Positions 18,979 through 27,570 are shown, numbered from the stretch's first letter. The stretch is 41,070 nt of DNA from Candidatus Vogelbacteria bacterium (GCA_016215335.1 JACRKE010000015.1:1-41070); one strand, 5' to 3'. Made by a program: numbers and translations. The notes: generated from the sequence alone by a model not told the origin.

Positions 18979-19090
18979 TTGCTCAATTATACCCCACACA
19001 TTAACTTTATAGAAAGCAATTATGTGGGTAAACTCAGATTGATTATACAGCTTTCCAAAATGACATTTTTTTGCAATAATTAGAAAACAT

Positions 19091-20341
19091 ATGGAACGAA
19101 AAAATAAATTCAAGGTTTTATGGTTAGTAGTAGTTTTTGTCTTAATCGGGCTCTCATTTTTCGGTGGCGTATACGCTGGTTATGAAAACAGGCCTGAAGT
19201 TAGCAAAATTACGGCTTTATATAATAAAGACAAGGGCCAGCCCGAGTCTGTAGATTTTGAAGCATTCTGGAAGGCGTGGAACCTAGTAAACGAAAAGTAC
19301 ATTCCTGCAAACTACGCCGCAACTACAAGTACGACCTCTCAAGTAAAAGTTATCACAGAGAAGGATAAAGTTTACGGAGCCATCCAGGGAATGCTTAAGT
19401 CTCTCGACGATCCTTATACTGTATTTTTCAAACCAGAACAGGCGAAAACTTTCCAGGAGGATATTAGCGGGAACTTTGAAGGCGTTGGTATGGAAATAGG
19501 TATTCGTGACGACATACTTACTGTAGTGGCACCGCTTAAAGACACTCCTGCCGAAAGAGCTGGAATTGAAGCAGGGGATAAGATATTGAAAATCGACAAC
19601 AAGACTACCGTGGACATGTCAGTCGACGCTGCTATACATTTGATTCGTGGAAAGGGTGGAACTGTGGTAAGACTTTCTCTTCTTAAAGAGGGAGCGAATG
19701 AGCCAAAAGAGGTCTCTGTAACGCGTGGTGTTATACAAATCCCCACTATTAAATCAATTGTGAAGGGTGATGTGTTTGTAATTAGTCTATATAGTTTCAC
19801 AGCCCAGTCTCCTGATCTTTTTAGAAATGAGTTACAGAAATTTGCGTCTTCGGGAAATACTAAACTTGTTTTGGATCTCAGGAGTAATCCGGGCGGATAT
19901 CTGGATGCGGCAGTCGACATGGCAAGCTGGTTTCTGCCCAAGAATTCAGTCGTAGTGTCTGAAAATTTTGGAGACAAACAGGCACCGTCGCTACACTACA
20001 GTAGGGGATACAATATATTCACGAACAATCTCAAGATGGCCATTCTTGTGAATCGCGGTTCTGCTTCCGCATCTGAAATTCTTGCAGGAGCCCTACAGGA
20101 TTATGGTATTGCAAAGCTAATAGGCGAGCGTACTTTCGGAAAGGGGTCAGTACAGGAACTCGTGAATATTAACGACGAAACGCAAATGAAGGTGACAATT
20201 GCGAGATGGCTCACAGCAAAAGGCAGATCAATATCAGTGGAAGGCTTGCATCCTGATTATGAAGTTAAGATGACGGCAGAAGATGTGAAGAAGGGAAAAG
20301 ATCCACAACTCGATAAGGCGATCGAAATTCTTAACAGATAA
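19091..20341 (+). CDS. Carboxy-terminal processing (S41) peptidase
   Basis: 416 aa with a signal anchor, a PDZ domain (GIEAGDKILKID) and the S41 catalytic region GSASASEILAGAL. Confidence 0.88.
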   Translation: MERKNKFKVLWLVVVFVLIGLSFFGGVYAGYENRPEVSKITALYNKDKGQPESVDFEAFWKAWNLVNEKYIPANYAATTSTTSQVKVITEKDKVYGAIQGMLKSLDDPYTVFFKPEQAKTFQEDISGNFEGVGMEIGIRDDILTVVAPLKDTPAERAGIEAGDKILKIDNKTTVDMSVDAAIHLIRGKGGTVVRLSLLKEGANEPKEVSVTRGVIQIPTIKSIVKGDVFVISLYSFTAQSPDLFRNELQKFASSGNTKLVLDLRSNPGGYLDAAVDMASWFLPKNSVVVSENFGDKQAPSLHYSRGYNIFTNNLKMAILVNRGSASASEILAGALQDYGIAKLIGERTFGKGSVQELVNINDETQMKVTIARWLTAKGRSISVEGLHPDYEVKMTAEDVKKGKDPQLDKAIEILNR

Positions 20342-20351
20342 GTCCAAATAA

Positions 20352-20795
20352 ATGAAGGTAATACTACTTAAAGATGTTTCCGGATTTGGAAGGAAATATG
20401 AGCTTAAAAACGTGTCCGATGGATATGCGCGAAACATGCTTTTCCCAAAGGGATTGGCGGAAATTGCGACCGATGCCACAGCTAAAAAATATGAAAAAAT
20501 AGTAGCAGAGGAGAAGGGCAAACGGGAAGCGCAAACCTCCGAGCTTGAGAAGCAGATTAAGGAACTCGGCGAGGGGTCTATTCTAATCACGGAAAAAGCG
20601 AATGACGAAGGTCATCTTTTTGCGGGTCTTAAAAAAGATGTGATTACAGAATTACTTCGCAAAAATGGCGTGCTTTTATCACCAGAACAGGTTGAGCTCG
20701 AAAAGCCAATCAAGACCACAGGCAAGCACAATATCGAAATCAAGGTTGGTAGCAAAAAAATGTCAGTGGTTGTCGAAGTAAAAGCACAAGAGTAA
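20352..20795 (+). CDS. rplI: 50S ribosomal protein L9
   Basis: 147 aa starting [36 protein letters not shown]. Confidence 0.95.
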   Translation: MKVILLKDVSGFGRKYELKNVSDGYARNMLFPKGLAEIATDATAKKYEKIVAEEKGKREAQTSELEKQIKELGEGSILITEKANDEGHLFAGLKKDVITELLRKNGVLLSPEQVELEKPIKTTGKHNIEIKVGSKKMSVVVEVKAQE

Positions 20796-20838
20796 ATGCT
20801 TACATGAGGTCGAATCTGTGATTAGTTGTATTCACATC

Positions 20839-20878
20839 AGGACTGCCTTCATGGGTTCAGGCCAGAGAGGGCAGTCCT
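20839..20878 (+). terminator. Hairpin downstream of rplI (possible terminator)
   Basis: aggactgcc-22 nt-ggcagtcct, followed by ctgaaatttgaagtttt. Confidence 0.4.
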
Positions 20879-20895
20879 CTGAAATTTGAAGTTTT

Positions 20896-21948
20896 ATGGA
20901 ATTAATCCGAAAGTTCAGCCAGATAAACAAGAACGACGCACCTTTGGCCGGAGGCAAAGGCGCATCGCTAGGTGAAATGTCTCAAGCGGGTTTTCCTGTT
21001 CCTCCTGGCTTTGTCGTGATTGCAACTACTTTCGATAAATTCCTACGAGAAACTGACCTAGAACAAGAAATTGAAGCAATTCTCGATACGGTAAATCACG
21101 AAGAAGTACACACAGTGGAACACGCGTCAGAGAAAATTCAGGCGTTGATATCTTCCGCAAAAATGCCAGACAATATTGCCGAGACGATTATGAGCAGCTA
21201 CCAACTACTTAGTCGTCCAACGACTAAAGTCGTTGGACGACTACCCGAGGGTTCAACCCTAGGGTTGAACCCTCGGGGCGGAGAAGACTTCTTTGTTGCG
21301 GTTCGTTCAAGCGCAACCGCAGAAGACAGTGCGAGTGCAGCATGGGCTGGACAGCTCGATACTTATCTAAACACCACAGAGGGGACACTGCTCGTAAATG
21401 TGAAGAAATGTTGGGCGTCGCTTTTTACGCCACGCGCTATTTTTTATCGATTTGAAAAAGGCCTTCGCAAATCGAAAATTTCAGTTGCAGTTGTGATACA
21501 AAAAATGGTTGAGAGTGACGTGTCTGGAATAGCTTTCTCTGTTCACCCTGTAACCGAAGACCGAAATCAACTAATTATCGAAGCAGGTTTTGGTTTAGGT
21601 GAGGCAGTAGTCTCGGGTGAAATTACTCCGGACTCATACGTAGTCGAAAAGGAACCACTTCAAATTATTGATAAAAATGTTAGTGAGCAGGGAAGAGGGT
21701 TGTATCGGGGTCAGGAAGCAAGGCTTCTAAATGCATCTCGAAGCCTTGCTTCCAAAGGGCCCAACGAATGGCGCGATCTTGGTGAAAAAGGCAAAAATCA
21801 AAAACTCACTGACAACCAAATAATTGAACTTTCAGAAATGATTATTAAAATAGAAAATCATTATGGCTTCCCGTGTGACATTGAGTGGGCGTTAGAAGGT
21901 TTAACCTTCTATATTACTCAAAGCAGACCAATCACTACATTGGCCTAA
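20896..21948 (+). CDS. PEP-utilising enzyme, N-terminal ATP-grasp (PPDK_N) half
   Basis: 350 aa with GGKGASLGEM..GFPVPPGFV and VAVRSSATAEDS motifs. It carries an in-frame palindromic insert at 21210-21277. Confidence 0.85.
   Translation: MELIRKFSQINKNDAPLAGGKGASLGEMSQAGFPVPPGFVVIATTFDKFLRETDLEQEIEAILDTVNHEEVHTVEHASEKIQALISSAKMPDNIAETIMSSYQLLSRPTTKVVGRLPEGSTLGLNPRGGEDFFVAVRSSATAEDSASAAWAGQLDTYLNTTEGTLLVNVKKCWASLFTPRAIFYRFEKGLRKSKISVAVVIQKMVESDVSGIAFSVHPVTEDRNQLIIEAGFGLGEAVVSGEITPDSYVVEKEPLQIIDKNVSEQGRGLYRGQEARLLNASRSLASKGPNEWRDLGEKGKNQKLTDNQIIELSEMIIKIENHYGFPCDIEWALEGLTFYITQSRPITTLA
21210..21277. repeat. Two adjacent 34-bp perfect palindromes inside the coding sequence
   Basis: 21210-21243 is tagtcgtccaacgactaaagtcgttggacgacta. 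21244-21277 is cccgagggttcaaccctagggttgaaccctcggg. Together they translate in frame as ...SRPTTKVVGRLPEGSTLGLNPRG... Confidence 0.9.
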
Positions 21949-21970
21949 ATTAACGTACATAATTAAGAAC

Positions 21971-22000
21971 GGCCGGCTCCTGCGAGGGGGAGCCGGCCGG
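21971..22000 (-). terminator. GC-rich hairpin terminating the island-2 gene
   Basis: ggccggctcc-tgcgaggg-ggagccggcc, 15 nt past the TAA stop of ORF 22015-22623. Confidence 0.65.
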
Positions 22001-22014
22001 TTGCCGAGTGAACG

Positions 22015-22623
22015 TTACTTTAGAAGACCTTTCTTGGGGCCCATGCCGGGGCAGACCCGAGCTACAGGCTCCGCAGCGAGCCACTCGTTGCCTGCAGAAT
22101 CGAGCACGTGAATGAGGTCAATCACGTAGCCTGCACAAGACTTGAACCCTTCGGTCATGACCTTGACTGCCTCTGTGATCTGGCCACCGCGCCAGAAGAG
22201 GTTCGAAAGGAGAAGTGGCATGTTGGGCTCGTGCCCCACCACGATCTCGGGCTTCCGACTTGGAAGAGGCTCCTCCATGATGTCGGAGAGAGCCAGATCC
22301 ATCTCGGCCACGTACTTCTGACAGAGCTTGGCGTCGTGCTTCGTGTAGTCGAGAGGAACGCCCCTCGAGAACATGTCCCACATGCCGTCCATCTTGTCGC
22401 GATCGAGGCCGAAGGTGGGAAGATAGAATACCGGCAGGGCGATATTCGGCATTCTGCTAGGATTCGAAAGGGGCTCGTATGTAGCCACTCTCATTCCTGC
22501 TTCGAAAGTACGTTGGGCGTGCGAGCTAATCAGACGTCCAAAGTTGGGAAAGCCAAGCTCTTCGGCCAGAAGCTCACATTCGATCACGCCTTGAGTCGAC
22601 AGTACGCGTTTCAGGTCATCCAT
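22015..22623 (-). CDS. GC-rich histidine-phosphatase superfamily (SixA/PGAM-like) protein; reading frame continues upstream through TGA 22633-22635 to ATG 22716
   Basis: LSTQGVIECELLAEEL, ISSHAQRT and EIVVGHEPNM resemble SixA/His_Phos_1 blocks. The catalytic RHA motif (LWIRHAEAEP) lies in the same frame just upstream of an in-frame TGA. Confidence 0.6.
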   Translation of the reverse strand: MDDLKRVLSTQGVIECELLAEELGFPNFGRLISSHAQRTFEAGMRVATYEPLSNPSRMPNIALPVFYLPTFGLDRDKMDGMWDMFSRGVPLDYTKHDAKLCQKYVAEMDLALSDIMEEPLPSRKPEIVVGHEPNMPLLLSNLFWRGGQITEAVKVMTEGFKSCAGYVIDLIHVLDSAGNEWLAAEPVARVCPGMGPKKGLLK

Positions 22624-22805
22624 GCCCTCCTTTCACGGCTCGGCCTCCGCATGCCGTATCCAGAGTTGCCGGCGCTTCTTCCACCTGAAGCGAAAGACCC
22701 GCATGTCTCTTTTCATTCTAGGATCCTTTCAGCCTTGGTCACTGTCCTACAGTAAAGTTAAGGTCACTGAAAACCAAATTTTATATTAACATAATATATG
22801 TGTGC

Positions 22806-22834
22806 TTGTCAAATAAAGCTTAAGGTATTATAAT
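22806..22834 (+). promoter_or_regulatory. Near-consensus sigma70 promoter, leaderless geometry
   Basis: TTGTCA (22806-22811), 17 nt, TATAAT (22829-22834). The ATG at 22844 is 9 nt downstream and there is no SD. Confidence 0.6.
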
Positions 22835-22843
22835 GCTAATTAT

Positions 22844-23887
22844 ATGGCCAAAAGAGTATTTAATGAGACACAGGAGTATCGTAAGTGGGAGACAATTCCA
22901 CTCGGCATTTTTGATGTAGAAGAGTGGTACGCAGGTGAGGCAGTTTCTCTATTTAATCTTACTAAAGGCGAATGTTACGGCCGTCCACTTTTCATATACG
23001 AGCCAGGTCTTGGTGTAAGTATTTGGTACAACTGGTCAGATACTAATCAGTGGGGTTCGGTAAAATGGAAGAAATATTTGCAAAAACACATGGGATTTTT
23101 CAACAGAGAGGAGATAGAATATAGAAAAGCTTGCGCTCAGATTATGGAGACAGTTAGAATTCCTAAATTTCCAACTGATTTTATAAAACTCCACAAATTA
23201 ACCTTAAGGATGTGGCCGATGCTGGCGTTTTCAAATACTTCAGGGAATCAGGTAGAAATTGATAAATCAGATCTTACCAGACGAGCTTACGAAATTCGCG
23301 CATCTACAGATAGGGTTTCCTACGCAGCCTCAGAAGCAATGCACCACATGGCTGCAGAAGCTCTGCCCGAAAAATACAAACAGCACAAAGATTTTTTAAC
23401 CTACAAAGAAATTGTTTCAGGGAAAATACCATCGATGGAAGAAGTGGAAAAAAGAAAAAGAGGCTACGTTTATTTCGAGGGTAAACTTCATGTGATAGGT
23501 CTTGTCGAAACCGGTGAGCTTTTCTCGTACAACAATGTTGTATTATTGGAAGATAAAGTGTTTCCAAAAAAAGAGTTTACCGGTAGTGTGGCATATAAGG
23601 GCAAGGTAAAAGGTATTGTACAGAAGTTGCAAGACATGAATGATTTCAAAAAGGATTTTACGGGGAAGATTTTGGTCGCATCAATGACAACACCGGATTA
23701 TTTAGCACAGATGAAGCAATCAGCGGCATTTATAACTGATGAAGGTGGCATTACTTGCCACGCAGCTATCGTTGCTCGCGAACTCAAAAAACCCTGTATA
23801 ATTGGTACAAAAATCGCAACAAAGGTTTTGAAGGATGGAGATCTTGTAGAGGTGGACGCAGATAGGGGGATAGTAAGAAAGTTGTAA
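22844..23887 (+). CDS. PEP-utilising enzyme, C-terminal half with phosphohistidine swivel (mobile) domain
   Basis: 347 aa with the C-terminal segment ITDEGGITCHAAIVARELKKPCIIG, the PEP-utiliser mobile-domain His motif. Confidence 0.85.
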   Translation: MAKRVFNETQEYRKWETIPLGIFDVEEWYAGEAVSLFNLTKGECYGRPLFIYEPGLGVSIWYNWSDTNQWGSVKWKKYLQKHMGFFNREEIEYRKACAQIMETVRIPKFPTDFIKLHKLTLRMWPMLAFSNTSGNQVEIDKSDLTRRAYEIRASTDRVSYAASEAMHHMAAEALPEKYKQHKDFLTYKEIVSGKIPSMEEVEKRKRGYVYFEGKLHVIGLVETGELFSYNNVVLLEDKVFPKKEFTGSVAYKGKVKGIVQKLQDMNDFKKDFTGKILVASMTTPDYLAQMKQSAAFITDEGGITCHAAIVARELKKPCIIGTKIATKVLKDGDLVEVDADRGIVRKL

Positions 23888-23924
23888 AAAGAATAATCTC
23901 CGCATTGGCGGAGATTATTCTTTT
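23887..23924. terminator. Bidirectional hairpin terminator between convergent genes
   Basis: aaaagaataatctccgc-attg-gcggagattattctttt, a 17-bp stem. Confidence 0.8.
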
Positions 23925-23940
23925 CAGTTTTAATCTAAAC

Positions 23941-24213
23941 CTAAACTATATGAACTATTTTAGTTCTCTTTGAATTTCCGTCGAAATTCATTTTTGTCTT
24001 GTTCGCGTATTTAACTATCCCAGATTTAAGCGCAAATAGTGTGTGATCTCGTCCGAGGCCGACGTTTTTGCCTGGCATTATGACTGTGCCACGCTGGCGA
24101 ACTATAATTGATCCTGACTTCGCTGTCTCGCCACTATAAAGCTTCGTACCTAGGTACTTTGGGTTTGAATCACGTAAGTTTTTGGTAGACCCTCCTGCCT
24201 TTTTATGTGCCAT
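23941..24213 (-). CDS. rpmA: 50S ribosomal protein L27
   Basis: 90 aa starting [24 protein letters not shown], then IIVRQRGT. Confidence 0.95.
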   Translation of the reverse strand: MAHKKAGGSTKNLRDSNPKYLGTKLYSGETAKSGSIIVRQRGTVIMPGKNVGLGRDHTLFALKSGIVKYANKTKMNFDGNSKRTKIVHIV

Positions 24214-24289
24214 TGTTTATTATTTAGATCACTAATCTCTTATGTCCGAATCCTATATACGATATACTATTCCCTATATACTATTCGTT

Positions 24290-24733
24290 ATGAGTAAGAA
24301 GATAATACCAGAAGAGGAGGATATAATCAAGTATTCTGCGGCCGAAAAAGTGGAAGAGGGGAAGGGTAAATATCATGACTTTTTCTATGTTGCAGTTGTT
24401 CTGCTAGTAGCCGTGCTCGGATTTGGCCTTGGACGACTTTCTAAGATTGAGAGCTCTAAAACACCTATAACCATTGAGTATCCGGAAGACTCACCAGAAA
24501 CCGCCCAAAATAGCCCAAAAACAGTCCAAGATGACCACAATAGGGAATTGGCAAGGAGTTCGAATTACTCATCAAGCAGCCCTATTGTAGCCTCAAAAAA
24601 CGGTACGAAGTACTATTTCACCTGGTGTTCTGGAGCATCAAGAATCACGGCTAAAAATAGGGTATATTTTAGCACTGCCACATCAGCAGAAACAGCAGGT
24701 TTTTCTAAAGCATCGAATTGTCCTGGGCTTTAA
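24290..24733 (+). CDS. Membrane-anchored protein with a C-terminal Cys...Cys sunset-like domain (longest ORF from 24242)
   Basis: One TM helix, a low-complexity linker (SPETAQNSPKTVQD), then YYFTWCSGASRITAKNRVYFSTATSAETAGFSKASNC. Confidence 0.5.
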   Translation: MSKKIIPEEEDIIKYSAAEKVEEGKGKYHDFFYVAVVLLVAVLGFGLGRLSKIESSKTPITIEYPEDSPETAQNSPKTVQDDHNRELARSSNYSSSSPIVASKNGTKYYFTWCSGASRITAKNRVYFSTATSAETAGFSKASNCPGL

Positions 24734-24760
24734 TTCCGCGGTCTCCAATTAAAGCCCAGG
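24722..24760 (+). terminator. Hairpin overlapping the stop codon of the preceding gene
   Basis: cctgggctttaatt-11 nt-aattaaagcccagg, a 14-bp stem. A second small hairpin, aggtca-ctta-tgacct, follows. Confidence 0.55.
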
Positions 24761-24786
24761 TCACTTATGACCTGTGGACCGTTGAA

Positions 24787-25485
24787 CTACTTGATACCTA
24801 CAGTACTTGCAATGGCAGATAGGGTAGTGTCACTTGCTGGCCAGTAGATGATCTTTAGAACTTTTGTACCGGGTCCCGCTATAATAATTTCAGTATGAGT
24901 TGTAACTTTGCCGCTCACAGTGGACGAAACTTTATACCTTAGCGCCAGGCGCCCACTCAGAGAAATTTTTTCCAACTGATTTTTTGGAATTGTTCCACTT
25001 ATATAAACCTGCTCTAGAAAATCTTTCGAGGATGAAAAAGATGACCAATCGGTAAGCAGTAGCGTAAGAGCTTTGCTGTCGAAGTCCGGTAAAGAATTCG
25101 TGTTGATTGAAGATTTAGGGGCTACTACTATTCCTGAAAGAATTACCTCTCCGGCTATTGGACTTATGAGCTCGTTATCACCGATCATTTTCGCCCTGTA
25201 TTCCTTGGGGAAGCGAAGACTATAATTCCATGCGGAGTCACTGTATGCCACCCATGTAGAATTTGGAGTCTGTGTTGAGTCACCATCTGAGTTGCTCACA
25301 CCTTCACTTCCATCGTTATTAAGAGTGCTCTCGTCATTACTTGATGAAATTGACTTTATAGTGCCGCCCGTGGTTCCTGGTTCTCTGCCAACCATTTTTA
25401 CAAGGTAAACCATAAAACCAATAGCGACTATGATTAATATTATTGAGAATATTCTCCCGCTTGTGTCTGCTCCTGCGTCAGCCAT
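24787..25485 (-). CDS. Hypothetical membrane-anchored exported protein
   Basis: 232 aa with an N-terminal TM (IFSIILIIVAIGFMVYLV), an S/N/D-rich linker and a beta-rich domain. I recognise no family. Confidence 0.6.
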   Translation of the reverse strand: MADAGADTSGRIFSIILIIVAIGFMVYLVKMVGREPGTTGGTIKSISSSNDESTLNNDGSEGVSNSDGDSTQTPNSTWVAYSDSAWNYSLRFPKEYRAKMIGDNELISPIAGEVILSGIVVAPKSSINTNSLPDFDSKALTLLLTDWSSFSSSKDFLEQVYISGTIPKNQLEKISLSGRLALRYKVSSTVSGKVTTHTEIIIAGPGTKVLKIIYWPASDTTLSAIASTVGIK

Positions 25486-25562
25486 GAATTTATTTTAAAT
25501 TAATCAAACTATTTAAGCGTGATATAATAGGACAATTATACATAATTCGGATTAAAACATAT

Positions 25563-26039
25563 ATGGAAAACAGCAAGATGTGGATAATGTGGCTCGTCGG
25601 TGCAGTCTTAATAGTAATAGTAGTTGGCTTTGTGATAAAAAATTCGGCTCAGAATGAGGAACCATCAGAAGCCCCTGTTGCGGATCAAACTACAACTCCA
25701 ATTGCAATAAATACAAAACATTTATATCAAAACGGTACACATACATACAGAGGGATAGTTCAGACACCTACACCATGCTATGACGTCATAGCCAGTATCA
25801 CCCAAGGTCCTGGGTCTCTTGATAATAAAAGTATTCCCGTGCAAACAATAAATATAAATACAAAGGACAAGGGTATGAACTGTGTACAGGCTGCTACCGA
25901 CAAAGAGTTTAAGGTCAGTTTCGAAGGCCCAGTAGATTTACCGATAAATGTCACACTGAACGGCAGACCGGCTTTACTGAATATAATGGAAGTCGAGAGC
26001 GAGGCTGAACTAGAAGGAGCATTCGATTTCAAATCCTAG
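25563..26039 (+). CDS. Hypothetical membrane-anchored exported protein
   Basis: 158 aa with an N-terminal TM (MWIMWLVGAVLIVIVVGFVI). It is divergent from the previous gene. Confidence 0.6.
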   Translation: MENSKMWIMWLVGAVLIVIVVGFVIKNSAQNEEPSEAPVADQTTTPIAINTKHLYQNGTHTYRGIVQTPTPCYDVIASITQGPGSLDNKSIPVQTININTKDKGMNCVQAATDKEFKVSFEGPVDLPINVTLNGRPALLNIMEVESEAELEGAFDFKS

Positions 26040-26064
26040 AAAATAATTTTTACGAAAAATATTT

Positions 26065-26100
26065 TAGCTCCCTCATCAAATGGGGGAGCTAATGTTTTTT
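26065..26100 (+). terminator. Rho-independent terminator
   Basis: tagctccc-tcatcaaatgg-gggagcta, followed by atgtttttt. Confidence 0.75.
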
Positions 26101-26274
26101 GCAAAAATGTTTATCCGAGGCGTTTATTTTAAAGTGTGTTCTTATTGTGGGGAATAATATACTATGCGTGTCGCACAATATATCTTTAGCGACATAGCAT
26201 TGTAAATGCATGTCGTTAAAGATAGCGTCCGTTTTGCGTACACTAAAGTGTCGCAAAACGGACTTGAATCCTCC

Positions 26275-27570
26275 CTATAAGTAATCCTCAGGATTTAGGT
26301 ACGCGTTTAATGATGCAATTGGTATCGTGTATACCCCACAACCCTTTACCTTGCTTTTTAAGGATCCGATTTTCACGCCTTCCGTTGCATATATTGTGAA
26401 GTGTAAATGCGGGCCAGTGGAGTATCCAGTTTGCCCCATATAGCCCAATGTCTGACCTTTGGCCACACTTTGTCCTGTTGACACCTTAATGAGCGATAAA
26501 TGCGCGTATAGACTCGATAGGCCATTCGAATGTTCCACAAGTACCCATTTGCCATACGAGGCACCTTGGCATGTCAAATCTGTGTCCCCGGTGCCTTTAA
26601 CAGCTCCAGATTCCGCAGATAGTATTGGTGTTCCAATTGAACCTCCAAGATCGATGCCGTTGTGGCCCTTGCCGTTATAGACTGCCGAATGAGCTTTTGA
26701 GAAATCCGTATCTCCAAATTTTTGAGTGATTTTTATAACCCCATTGAGTGGCCATGAAAGTACTCCTTTTTTAGTTTCTGGTAGGCGAGACTGATCTAGC
26801 GTAATCTTCAGTGCAGATTCTTGTTTTACGAGTTCCCTCTCTACGTCATCTTTTTCTTTTTGTTTTTGGATCAATAATCTTTTGTAGGTTGCCTCTTCGT
26901 TTTGAGTTTGTTTTAAAATAGTCTCTTGTATGGTTTTCGCGCTTGCAGCAATCTTTTTTTGGTCGTTTAGAGTTTGCTTCAGTGAATTTAGTTTTGTTCG
27001 TTCTGTTTCAGTCGTATTTTTGTTTTTTTCTAGAGAGTTTTTTGTTTCGTTTAGTTTGACTATCCTGTCGCGTAACGATTCATCTAGTCTTGCAATATTT
27101 TCTACCTGCGCATTAAGGTCACTCACCGTACCCGCTTCAAGTAGTGTGGTAATGATAGTCGTAGAGTCAATCTTTGCAATCTCCTTGAACGCTTCTGTAA
27201 GTCTAGCTTTGTACGAATCAATCGTTTCTTCCTGATCGGTAATGTTGTCTCCAAGTGACTTAATTAATAGATTTGTGCGTGTTATTTTTGCTTCAGTCGA
27301 TTTTGTCTCAAGTTCGATTTTTTTCCTTGTAGCTTCCAGTGAAGCAATGGTGTTTTTAAGCGTTTTAGCTTGTCCGGAATAAGTTCCTATCTTTGAGTTT
27401 AGTTCACTAATCTGCTTTTCTAGCGCGTCAATGCTATTCGTGCTCGATTCTATTTTCACTTTAAGTTCCTCTACGGTTTCTGCATAAGATTCTAGAAAAG
27501 AAAAAACAAAAATAATCGCAGCTATAAATAGTGCGATGCTTAGGTCTAATTTCCTATAGCGATAGGGCAT
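26275..27570 (-). CDS. M23/LytM peptidase with a long N-terminal coiled coil (EnvC-like architecture, catalytic residues intact)
   Basis: 431 aa with a signal anchor, about 230 aa of heptad-rich coiled coil, then HNGIDLGG and GYSTGPHLHF metal-ligand motifs. Confidence 0.88.
   Translation of the reverse strand: MPYRYRKLDLSIALFIAAIIFVFSFLESYAETVEELKVKIESSTNSIDALEKQISELNSKIGTYSGQAKTLKNTIASLEATRKKIELETKSTEAKITRTNLLIKSLGDNITDQEETIDSYKARLTEAFKEIAKIDSTTIITTLLEAGTVSDLNAQVENIARLDESLRDRIVKLNETKNSLEKNKNTTETERTKLNSLKQTLNDQKKIAASAKTIQETILKQTQNEEATYKRLLIQKQKEKDDVERELVKQESALKITLDQSRLPETKKGVLSWPLNGVIKITQKFGDTDFSKAHSAVYNGKGHNGIDLGGSIGTPILSAESGAVKGTGDTDLTCQGASYGKWVLVEHSNGLSSLYAHLSLIKVSTGQSVAKGQTLGYMGQTGYSTGPHLHFTIYATEGVKIGSLKSKVKGCGVYTIPIASLNAYLNPEDYL

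Noticed and set aside
18979-19113. N-terminal extensions of the longest ORFs (corA-like 18979-19113; murG 30108-30185; mraY 33252-33305; greA 6171-6227; 24242-24289)
   Set aside because: The extensions are hydrophobic or low-complexity, overlap neighbouring genes or promoters, and precede internal ATGs that give family-typical N-termini.
22633-22635. In-frame TGA as selenocysteine
   Set aside because: The aligned position in the histidine-phosphatase motif is a Trp, not a redox Cys/Sec. I saw no obvious SECIS-like hairpin immediately downstream. This cannot be fully excluded without a search.
8245-22716. GC-rich islands 1 and 2 as assembly chimeras or contamination
   Set aside because: Each is embedded between AT-rich host genes on both sides within one contiguous sequence. 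Island 1 also shows a graded AT-to-GC transition inside its ORF. Chimerism remains possible only for island 3, which touches the contig end.
22108-22755. 215-aa plus-strand ORF covering island 2 (similar cases at 8380-8619, 8650-8934, 39830-40156 and 40617-41006)
   Set aside because: These are typical antisense shadow ORFs of GC-rich DNA, with H/R/L/S-rich translations and no SD. The minus-strand frames carry family motifs and/or AAGGAGG sites.
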